Shown here in pieces: positions 1 through 6,701 of a stretch of 27,551 nucleotides of DNA. The stretch is from a virus. Lineage: Duplodnaviria; Caudoviricetes. Position 1 is the first letter of the stretch, and each line of letters opens with the position of its first letter. Both the position numbers and the translations under genes were made by a program. The notes below the pieces were generated by a model. That model searched no databases, was not told the DNA's origin, and saw only the letters and a program-made list of their open reading frames with translations. Location of the stretch: the IMG/VR virus record IMGVR_UViG_3300027892_002409, positions 1 to 27,551 of that record. The stretch is one strand, 5' to 3'.

Positions 1-145
1 AATTGCACAGGCCAAAGCAGAAGTGCTTAACCTGAAAAAGCAAAAACAACAGCTCAACGACGAAGTGCTTGAGTTGAACATCAAGACAGAGATTCCTCTT
101 TCAGAAGATGTAGTAGCTATATTGCAGGCCGAAGCATTAATTTAA
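1..145 (+). CDS. 3' end of a hypothetical protein (partial, coiled-coil-like)
   Basis: Open frame from position 2 (IAQAKAEVLNLKKQKQQLNDEVLELNIK...EALI) to TAA at 143-145; start lies outside the window. Confidence 0.7.
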   Translation, partial: IAQAKAEVLNLKKQKQQLNDEVLELNIKTEIPLSEDVVAILQAEALI

Positions 146-151
146 AACTAT

Positions 152-225
152 CGCGGGATAGAGTAACGGTAATTCACGAGTCTCATAAGCTCGAGATCTT
201 GGTTCGATTCCAGGTCCCGCAACCA
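152..225 (+). tRNA. tRNA-Met(CAT), initiator-like
   Basis: Acceptor CGCGGGA/TCCCGCA with C1:A72 mismatch, G2:C71, C3:G70, A11:U24; anticodon loop CTCATAA (CAT 184-186); GGTTCGATTCC T-arm; encoded CCA. Confidence 0.92.
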
Positions 226-239
226 ACCATAAGGTACGT

Positions 240-467
240 ATGAAAAATAAATCACTGAGTCGTGGTCCCGAAATTGACACAGAAAAATGTGTGGAAAATA
301 TAGGTGGTAATAGATTTGACTTGGTGCTGATTGCATCAGCTCGTGCCAGAGAACTCAGTCGCAGACACAAGGCAGCTGAACTACAGACGCAGATGAACGC
401 ACCTGTGAGCGCACTGCTAGATGTGCAGTCTGGCGCTGTGGGTCGAGAATATCTTAGAAAAGTATAA
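240..467 (+). CDS. rpoZ: DNA-directed RNA polymerase omega subunit homolog
   Basis: [23 protein letters not shown] closely matches the omega signature ([21 protein letters not shown]); C-terminal ALLDVQSG matches ALxEIxxG; AAGG SD upstream. Confidence 0.88.
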   Translation: [75 protein letters not shown]

Positions 468-470
468 TTT

Positions 471-545
471 CTCGCTGTGGTTCAATGGATAGAACAAGTT
501 CCTCCTAAGAATTAGATCCAGGTTCGATTCCTGGCAGTGAGGCCA
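471..545 (+). tRNA. tRNA-Arg(CCT)
   Basis: Acceptor CTCGCTG/CAGTGAG; anticodon arm AGTTC-CTCCTAA-GAATT; CCAGG-TTCGATT-CCTGG T-arm; CCA. Confidence 0.92.
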
Positions 546-563
546 ATGAGTAAATAAATCTAT

Positions 564-637
564 GCGGGGTTCGTATAGTGGTAATACCTTAGCCTTCCAA
601 GCTAATGCTGAGAGTTCGATTCTCTTACCCCGCTCCA
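564..637 (+). tRNA. tRNA-Gly(TCC)
   Basis: Acceptor GCGGGGT/ACCCCGC; anticodon arm TTAGC-CTTCCAA-GCTAA; U73 discriminator; CCA. Confidence 0.94.
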
Positions 638-643
638 AATAAT

Positions 644-1219
644 ATGATACCAGTCATTGATCACAACTCTCAAGCTCGTAAATACGATTTTTCATCCCTA
701 ATCACCAAGCAGGATGATCTTGAAGCCTGTGATGTTATTAAAAATATCATAGCTGACGGTAACTACTTTACTAACTCACCAAAGTTTCAGACCAAAGAAA
801 ACATCTTTGCTAGACCCGAATCGATATGGTTAAAATATCGTGTGAGTTTCATGATGAGCGTGTTTATGTATCTAGGTCGTGAGGCCAAGATATCTAACAT
901 GATGGCCTGGAGTTTTATGACCAATCTCCAGGGTGCCGAAAATCGTGACAATCTCTGGCATCATCATTGGCATCCTACTAGCCCTAACGCTCAAATACTC
1001 AGTGGCATTTGGTATCTACACATACCCGAGGATGTTAAAGATCGAGACTACTGCGGAACAGAGATGGCACCACAGGATCCTCAATCCGATGATAGATATT
1101 TTGTGCGACCCACAGACGGCAATTGGTTGATCTATCCTGGCAACATGTGGCATAGGCCCGGTATCGTGCAAAGCGATCAATACAGATTTGTCTTGGCCGC
1201 TGACATTCAAATAGACTGA
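644..1219 (+). CDS. Putative 2OG-Fe(II) oxygenase (TIGR02466-like, HxH...H)
   Basis: WHHHWHP, SGIWYL, LIYPGNMWHRP and RFVLAAD motifs; start moved to ATG 644 because the ORF-track start at 605 lies inside tRNA-Gly. Confidence 0.72.
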   Translation: MIPVIDHNSQARKYDFSSLITKQDDLEACDVIKNIIADGNYFTNSPKFQTKENIFARPESIWLKYRVSFMMSVFMYLGREAKISNMMAWSFMTNLQGAENRDNLWHHHWHPTSPNAQILSGIWYLHIPEDVKDRDYCGTEMAPQDPQSDDRYFVRPTDGNWLIYPGNMWHRPGIVQSDQYRFVLAADIQID

Positions 1220-1220
1220 A

Positions 1221-1295
1221 CTGGCCATAGTATAATGGATAATACAGCGAGCTTCTACCTCGCGAATGTGGGTTCGATTCCTGCTGGCCGGACCA
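1221..1295 (+). tRNA. tRNA-Arg(TCT)
   Basis: Acceptor CTGGCCA/TGGCCGG; anticodon arm GCGAG-CTTCTAC-CTCGC; GGTTCGATTCC; CCA. Confidence 0.92.
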
Positions 1296-1299
1296 TATT

Positions 1300-1373
1300 G
1301 CTCTCATAGTATAAAAGCATTACACTACATTGGTAATGTAGAAACGGTGGAGCATTACCACCTGAGAGCACCA
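1300..1373 (+). tRNA. tRNA-Thr(GGT) with non-canonical D- and T-loops
   Basis: Acceptor GCTCTCA/TGAGAGC; anticodon arm CTACA-TTGGTAA-TGTAG; T-arm GGTGG-AGCATTA-CCACC; CCA. Confidence 0.85.
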
Positions 1374-1374
1374 C

Positions 1375-1403
1375 TTGACAAAAATTGATAAATGTAGTAT
1401 AAT
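1375..1403 (+). promoter_or_regulatory. Consensus sigma70 (early-type) promoter
   Basis: TTGACA (1375-1380), 17-bp spacer, TATAAT (1398-1403). Confidence 0.9.
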
Positions 1404-1431
1404 ACTAGTATACAAATTATCAAAGGCCTGT

Positions 1432-1854
1432 ATGCAGATCATCATGGAAGGCAGGGCTAGCCCTACCAAATCAATCATAGAAACTTCCGCGAACTTCTTT
1501 GCCAAAGAACTAGGGTTGAGCCGTAGCCGTTTTACTCTGTTGATTATGACTGAAAGAGGACTGTCTCGTAAAGAGGGCATGCGAGGTGCGGTGCATAAAA
1601 TAGGTCCAAAATTTCTAACCATGATCATAGACTCTGGACTAGAGTTTGAAAGACTGATCATTACCTTGGCGCACGAAATGGTGCATGTCAAACAGTATGC
1701 TCGTGGGCAGATCAAACCTAGTCGCAGTTGTAAGACACACTATTGGATGGGTCAGCACATACGCAAAAGTTACTATGACCAACCTTGGGAAATTGAAGCC
1801 TATACCAAAGAACGTGTGTTAGCCAATAAAATTTTTGCTATAACAGGAGCATGA
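1432..1854 (+). CDS. Zincin-type metallopeptidase-like protein
   Basis: TLAHEMVHVKQY (HExxH) and downstream YYDQPWEIEAY; start ATG 1432 follows AAAGG SD, downstream of the promoter. Confidence 0.8.
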   Translation: MQIIMEGRASPTKSIIETSANFFAKELGLSRSRFTLLIMTERGLSRKEGMRGAVHKIGPKFLTMIIDSGLEFERLIITLAHEMVHVKQYARGQIKPSRSCKTHYWMGQHIRKSYYDQPWEIEAYTKERVLANKIFAITGA

Positions 1855-1855
1855 T

Positions 1856-2395
1856 ATGAATCCATGGATACAAAACGTAGCACTCAGCGACATCCGTAAA
1901 GGATTCCACATCGATGCAGGCATAAACTCTATGCTGATTCAAATTGTAGATCCCCCTGGAGATTTTCCTACTCCCAAGCATCAATTCAAAGAAGTTCATC
2001 AATTTCAATTCCTTGATATCGAAGAAAAAGACTTTGCATTGGACGAGGCTATGCGTTGCAGTCAAGAACAGGCCAACGAGCTGGTTCGACTGCTACAACA
2101 CGCACTGGAGAATCACATGAATGTAGTTGTTCATTGTCATGCTGGCGTTTGCCGCAGCGGGGCGGTTTGCGAAATCGGTGTTATGCTAGGCTTCCGTGAT
2201 ACCGAAGTGTTCCGCAGTCCCAACCTATTGGTCAAGCATCGCATGATGCGAGCTTTGGGTTGGTTATACGATGAACAGGAACCTCATTCAATCAATGGGA
2301 TTCCTCTGCAACAGGACTGGATCAACGACAACGAAAAGGTCTTTATGTTAGCCGACGAACGTAGAGCTCGTAGAAAAAGAGAAGGTGGCATATGA
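1856..2395 (+). CDS. Protein-tyrosine/dual-specificity phosphatase-like protein
   Basis: VVHCHAGVCRS (HCx5R P-loop) and downstream PN motif; GGAG SD. Confidence 0.82.
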   Translation: MNPWIQNVALSDIRKGFHIDAGINSMLIQIVDPPGDFPTPKHQFKEVHQFQFLDIEEKDFALDEAMRCSQEQANELVRLLQHALENHMNVVVHCHAGVCRSGAVCEIGVMLGFRDTEVFRSPNLLVKHRMMRALGWLYDEQEPHSINGIPLQQDWINDNEKVFMLADERRARRKREGGI

Positions 2396-2586
2396 ATGTA
2401 TCGAGTATTCAACGATATCAAATACAACAGTATAATCTAGAACAAAGAAATCTGCAAGAAAAGCGAGAAGAAGATTATCGTAAGCTAACAGAACGAAAAA
2501 ACTTCGAACAGATGGTTGCAGAGCGGGTGGCAAGGAATCTACGATTAGATTTAGATAAAGGTAAAAACATTGATCTAGAATGTTAA
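2392..2586 (+). CDS. Small hypothetical protein (helical, C-terminal KGxNID motif)
   Basis: ATGA overlap with upstream stop; AGGTGG SD; 64 aa. Confidence 0.7.
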   Translation: MNVSSIQRYQIQQYNLEQRNLQEKREEDYRKLTERKNFEQMVAERVARNLRLDLDKGKNIDLEC

Positions 2587-2604
2587 TAAAGAAAGGAGCA
2601 CAAG

Positions 2605-3210
2605 ATGCCTAGCGTATTTTTAGTATCAGATACACACTTCGGACACGCAGGTGTCTGCCGTTTTACCCGCGACGATGGCACTAAATTACGCCCTTGGGAC
2701 TCTGCTGAAGAAATGGACGAAGCCATGGTCAAGGCGTGGAACGAACGTGTAAAACCCGCTGACAAGGTGTACCATTTGGGCGATGTTGTTATCAACCGCA
2801 AAGCATTGAGTATTTTGCATCGGTTAAATGGTGACAAGGTGTTGATCCGTGGAAACCACGATATTTTCAAGGACACGGACTATCGTGAACACTTTCGTGA
2901 ATTACGTGCATACCATGTGATGAACGGTATGATCTTGAGCCATATTCCTGTACACGAAGCCAGCTTGGGTCGGTTTGGTGTTAACATACACGGACACTTA
3001 CATTCAAATCGTGTGCGTAAAGCCCGTGGAGTAGATGTTAGAACAGGTGCTGTTTTGTACGGTAATGAAATAGATGTTCGTTATCATTGTGTGTGCGTGG
3101 AACAGACACCGGATTTTGCACCTATTTTGTTTGAAGATGTTATTCGTAACATCGAAGCAGAAGGTGGCGAAGTGGGTTTTCGAAACGGCAACGGTCCTAC
3201 GGTGGATTAG
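2605..3210 (+). CDS. Calcineurin-like metallophosphoesterase
   Basis: SDTHFGH, HLGD, GNHD and HGHLH motifs; AAGGAG SD. Confidence 0.9.
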   Translation: MPSVFLVSDTHFGHAGVCRFTRDDGTKLRPWDSAEEMDEAMVKAWNERVKPADKVYHLGDVVINRKALSILHRLNGDKVLIRGNHDIFKDTDYREHFRELRAYHVMNGMILSHIPVHEASLGRFGVNIHGHLHSNRVRKARGVDVRTGAVLYGNEIDVRYHCVCVEQTPDFAPILFEDVIRNIEAEGGEVGFRNGNGPTVD

Positions 3211-3226
3211 GACATAGTCCTATTTT

Positions 3227-3258
3227 AGCGCCAGCCCTAAGGCGCTTACAAAAAGGGC
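3227..3258 (+). other. Candidate H-type RNA pseudoknot
   Basis: S1 AGCGCC(3227-32)/GGCGCT(3241-46); S2 GCCCT(3234-38)/AGGGC(3254-58); loops A, AA and TACAAAA. Confidence 0.5.
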
Positions 3259-3287
3259 AAAATAGCACCTTCGGGTGCTATTTTTTT
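3259..3287 (+). terminator. Rho-independent terminator with C(UUCG)G loop, possibly bidirectional
   Basis: AAAATAGCACC-TTCG-GGTGCTATTTT with a T7 run at 3281-3287. Confidence 0.92.
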
Positions 3288-3311
3288 GACTGTGTGTTCT
3301 CGACTCTGTGA

Positions 3312-3319
3312 CATAAATA
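3312..3319 (+). promoter_or_regulatory. T4-like late promoter motif (CATAAATA)
   Basis: Near match to TATAAATA, between the terminator and the AGGAG SD of a structural gene. Confidence 0.7.
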
Positions 3320-3350
3320 TACTAGTAGGAACAATTCCAGGAGTTGAGAT

Positions 3351-5015
3351 ATGCCATTACAGATTCGAAGAGGAACTGAATTACAAAGAACCTCTATGAC
3401 ACAGCCATTAGCAGTAGGCGAGCTGCTTTTTGTTACGTCCCCAACCAATAGAATTTACGTAGGCGATGGCACTACATTGGGAGGCATTGCTGTAACCGGG
3501 TATACTGATGAAAATGCGCAAGATGCAGTTGCACCTATGTTTACCGGAGGATCGCATTCCGGTATTAACTTTGTATATAATGATGCCAGTAACATAATCA
3601 ATGCTACCGTTGATCTATCCAATTATAACGGAACGATTAGTGCCAGTTCATTCAAAGGAACACTAGTTGCAGACGATTCAACCGCACTAGTTGATGCTGT
3701 AGATGGCAGAATATTCTTGGATGGTACAGTCAAGGGAAATATTGTTCCAGATGCAGATGTGGCCTACGATCTAGGCAGTGCCACATATCGATTTAGAGAC
3801 CTATATCTTAGCGGATCAAGTATAAAATTAGGTGCTGCCACAATCACAGCCACTGGTACTGCAGTAAATCTACCAGCAGGATCTACGATTGGCGGATCAG
3901 AGATAGGAATACCCGGCGGTGATTTGAATGTTAATATCGTGGCTGACGACAGCACAGTTATTGTAAATACCACCACAGAAATTGTAACTGCACAGGGCGG
4001 ATTCATAGGTAACGTTACAGGCAACGTCAACGGTATCGTTACTGGTACAGCTGGATCATCATTAGTAGGTAACGTCACAGGTAATGTCACAGGTAATGTC
4101 ACAGGCAACGTCAACGGTGTTGTAACCGGCACTGCTGGTTCTACTTTGGTAGGTAATGTTACCGGTGATTTAACTGGTAATGTATTCGGTGATTTAATTG
4201 GTGACCTAAGAGGTTCAGTGTTTGCAGATGACAGTTCAGCCATTGTTAATGCCGAAAATCGAATAGTAACTGCTGCTGGTGGGTTTATTGGTAACGTCAC
4301 AGGCAACGTCAACGGTGTTGTAACCGGCACTGCTGGTTCTACTTTGGTAGGTAATGTTACCGGCTTTTTAACTGGTAATGTATTCGGTGATGTAATTGGT
4401 GACCTAAGAGGTTCCGTGTTTGCAGATGACAGTTCAGCCATTGTTAATGCCGAAAATCGAATAGTAACTGCTGCTGGTGGGTTTATTGGCAACGTTACAG
4501 GCAACTTAACTGGCAACAGAGTTCAACTTACTCATACGTCACTCTTTCCATCGGGTATTCTAATTGAATCAGATGAAGCCACCGCAGGTGATATATTTAC
4601 TATTCGCACTCATCACAATGCTACTGACCCAAGTGTTTCTGTGTTTTCTCGCAGTAGAGGAACAACATCAGCGCCAACTTCATTAGCAGTTTCGGACGGT
4701 ATTTTTGCTCTTGCATTTAGTGGAACTACATCAGATGGCACTGCTGGAATTGCTGCTGCCTTCAGCGCAGAAGTAGCAGCTGCACCAACTGCTGGTGTAT
4801 TGCCGGGATCTATGATTTTTAGTACTACTACCACTGCTGGCGCTTTTACAACGAAATTAAAAATAGGGCCGGACGGGTTACAGACTGTGGTGGCACCGGC
4901 ATTGGTTGCTGGCGGAGCTTCAGGACAAGTTAATACTGGTTCTATTGCATCGTGGATGAAGGTAAACTTCAACGGTGTTGATTATGCTGTTCCGATGTAC
5001 ACAATTAGACCTTAA
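3351..5015 (+). CDS. Tail fibre / receptor-binding-like virion protein
   Basis: N-terminal LQIRRGT...LAVGEL...IYVGDG (Mtd_N-like attachment module); GNIVP..DLGS...FRDLYLS motif; GNVTG shaft repeats; G/T/A/S/V-rich; AGGAG SD. Confidence 0.8.
   Translation: MPLQIRRGTELQRTSMTQPLAVGELLFVTSPTNRIYVGDGTTLGGIAVTGYTDENAQDAVAPMFTGGSHSGINFVYNDASNIINATVDLSNYNGTISASSFKGTLVADDSTALVDAVDGRIFLDGTVKGNIVPDADVAYDLGSATYRFRDLYLSGSSIKLGAATITATGTAVNLPAGSTIGGSEIGIPGGDLNVNIVADDSTVIVNTTTEIVTAQGGFIGNVTGNVNGIVTGTAGSSLVGNVTGNVTGNVTGNVNGVVTGTAGSTLVGNVTGDLTGNVFGDLIGDLRGSVFADDSSAIVNAENRIVTAAGGFIGNVTGNVNGVVTGTAGSTLVGNVTGFLTGNVFGDVIGDLRGSVFADDSSAIVNAENRIVTAAGGFIGNVTGNLTGNRVQLTHTSLFPSGILIESDEATAGDIFTIRTHHNATDPSVSVFSRSRGTTSAPTSLAVSDGIFALAFSGTTSDGTAGIAAAFSAEVAAAPTAGVLPGSMIFSTTTTAGAFTTKLKIGPDGLQTVVAPALVAGGASGQVNTGSIASWMKVNFNGVDYAVPMYTIRP
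4098..4493 (+). repeat. Near-identical tandem duplication, 2 x 198 bp (66 aa)
   Basis: Unit starting GTCACAGGCAACGTCAAC at 4098 recurs at 4296, with only a few substitutions (GD/GF, L/V, synonymous). Confidence 0.95.
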
Positions 5016-5017
5016 TA

Positions 5018-5260
5018 TTACTTAACATCCTTCTTAGCATTGTTAATCATTTCTTTGTAGGAAGGATTGGGATGATCCTCAAGATGCCCGTGATAGATAT
5101 CTATGATTTGTTTGGGTGCCGTACCATCAAACAAACTAGGAACTACACCATGTATTATACTTGTTATTCCTGCATAGATCAAACGAATACCGGCCACTAT
5201 TGCCCATCGTAGATGCTCAAAGTATGTAACCTTACTGGTGTTCAAATGATCATCAAACAT
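5018..5260 (-). CDS. Small hypothetical protein, DUF6356-like
   Basis: HL...TYFEHLRWA...SIIHGVVPSLF pattern; start ATG 5260 overlaps the upstream stop. Confidence 0.62.
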   Translation of the reverse strand: MFDDHLNTSKVTYFEHLRWAIVAGIRLIYAGITSIIHGVVPSLFDGTAPKQIIDIYHGHLEDHPNPSYKEMINNAKKDVK

Positions 5261-6701
5261 TGTATGTCCTAAAGTATTCACGAAGTAGTTCGTTGTCTAG
5301 TTTGATACCGTAATAGAAATTTGACTTGGTTAACTGTGCCGCCTTAGTGATTTTGATGCGCTCAAACTTGCTTTCAATTTCAATGCTGATTCTATGTATG
5401 TGTTCCATGCTCATCTCTTCCCAACAGGCAAGATACAAGCAATGATTCAATGTATCAATTACAATATAAATGTTGGTGTATTGTTTATTTAGATCGTTAA
5501 CTGTGCTGAGATTAATACTTTCTCCGTTAATCCTAAACATATCTGAACGTCCTTTGTGTACAAAGTATTCACCGTCCCTATCAAAGTAATCATTGGTTTC
5601 AACTTTTTTGTTATACACCGGCACAGTTACAGTAATTTTGCCTTCGACTGATAAATCAATTTTATAAAAATCATTAGGAATTAAATAGTATCTAGAATCA
5701 ATATTCCAATTATCTCTAGATGCTGTATTAATAAACAACGGACCAAGGGTCTCATTGGAACCAAAAATACTAGTTATGCTATTAAAGATTCCATCTCGTA
5801 CTGCGTGTTTGGCATTTTCTAATATGTAAGATAATGTGATTAAATCTAAGTTAGGCCATGTAACGTGTTTTGCTCTGCTTTCTTCGATAAATTTATCAAT
5901 TAAGAACGGGTATGGAAATGACAAATATCCCAATTCATTCTTGTAAGGAGTTAGTGCATCCACTAGTCCGCTAATTTGCCATGCGCCAGCACCGTCATAA
6001 AACAAATGCCTATTAACTTGTTCACTAGCAAGTAATGGTAACAATGTAACCGATGCACTTGCACCGTGATTGAGATTGTTAACGTGTAATGCTGTGCCTT
6101 TATACAGTTTAGAATTTCTTAAAGAGATTGCTGAAATAAATTCATGTGTATGTTCGATAACTTTAGGAACATCTGTTGTTCCGCTACTAGTTACCCTAAA
6201 TAATATGTCTGTTGGGCTGGGTTGAATATCTTTAATTGAATCAACCAACGTTTGTTCAATCACAAAATTAAAAGCATCAACTGTACTGTATGCCCTATTA
6301 GAATGTGCAGTAAAGAATACGTATTTGGAATATCCTTGATCAGTTTCTAATAGTTCTATAGGGAAATCGTGTAAAAATATATCAATAGGTGACAGCAATT
6401 TAGTTTTGGGATCGTTGTATTCTACATCTCTAAACTCATCAGTTCTGTTATAATCTACTACAACAATTTTAAGACTTAGTTCAGCTGCTGCAATAATAAT
6501 AGCAAAATAATCAATACCAAGTTTTTGCATACCAATAAGAATAGACTCTTGTGGTTGTGCGCTGTAATTAAATCTTAAAACATACTTCCAATAATTAATA
6601 CGCTCAACTAATTGTAATTTGTTGTATGTTTGATTGTTAGCGCATAAATCAGTAAAAATAAAATTATCGCTTATGAAATCTCTATTAATAATATTAGTCA
6701 T
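5253..6701 (-). CDS. Adenylate-forming (ANL/acyl-CoA synthetase-like) enzyme, divergent
   Basis: TSSGTTDVPK (A3 P-loop), FGSNET (A5), ETND (A7) and KGRSD (A8); start 6701 overlaps the upstream TAA. Confidence 0.78.
   Translation of the reverse strand: MTNIINRDFISDNFIFTDLCANNQTYNKLQLVERINYWKYVLRFNYSAQPQESILIGMQKLGIDYFAIIIAAAELSLKIVVVDYNRTDEFRDVEYNDPKTKLLSPIDIFLHDFPIELLETDQGYSKYVFFTAHSNRAYSTVDAFNFVIEQTLVDSIKDIQPSPTDILFRVTSSGTTDVPKVIEHTHEFISAISLRNSKLYKGTALHVNNLNHGASASVTLLPLLASEQVNRHLFYDGAGAWQISGLVDALTPYKNELGYLSFPYPFLIDKFIEESRAKHVTWPNLDLITLSYILENAKHAVRDGIFNSITSIFGSNETLGPLFINTASRDNWNIDSRYYLIPNDFYKIDLSVEGKITVTVPVYNKKVETNDYFDRDGEYFVHKGRSDMFRINGESINLSTVNDLNKQYTNIYIVIDTLNHCLYLACWEEMSMEHIHRISIEIESKFERIKITKAAQLTKSNFYYGIKLDNELLREYFRTYNV

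Noticed and set aside
137-638. Short minus-strand ORFs over the tRNA region (also 1035-1307)
   Set aside because: Translations of tRNA reverse complements
1231-1236. TATAAT as a -10 element
   Set aside because: Part of the tRNA-Arg(TCT) D-arm, with no matching -35
1375-1431. ORF-track upstream starts (605, 1375, 5281, 6725, 7450, 7979, 12801, 13304, 16569, 18067, 19313, 24127)
   Set aside because: They fall within tRNAs, promoters or neighbouring genes; downstream starts fit SD, promoter or stop/start coupling better
3227-3258. preQ1-I riboswitch (given the QueC-like gene)
   Set aside because: The topology is similar, but the loop lacks the ligand-pairing C and conserved loop sequence, and it is not upstream of the QueC-like gene
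3174-3311. In-frame slippery heptamer G GGT TTT with an open -1 frame to TGA 3309-3311, or TAG read-through
   Set aside because: The pseudoknot is about 46 nt downstream, too far for stimulation. The -1 frame runs through the terminator and stops before the fibre gene. Read-through meets another TAG after five codons.
4020-4520. CRISPR array
   Set aside because: The repeats are contiguous coding units with no unique spacers
3764-4972. Long minus-strand ORFs 3764-4516 and 4613-4972
   Set aside because: Antisense shadows of the repetitive, codon-biased fibre gene; no independent start signals or motifs
3351-5015. Diversity-generating retroelement target (Mtd-like N-terminus, repeats)
   Set aside because: No reverse transcriptase in the window. 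The repeats are in-frame tandem shaft units, their differences are not adenine-specific, and they are not at the C-terminus.
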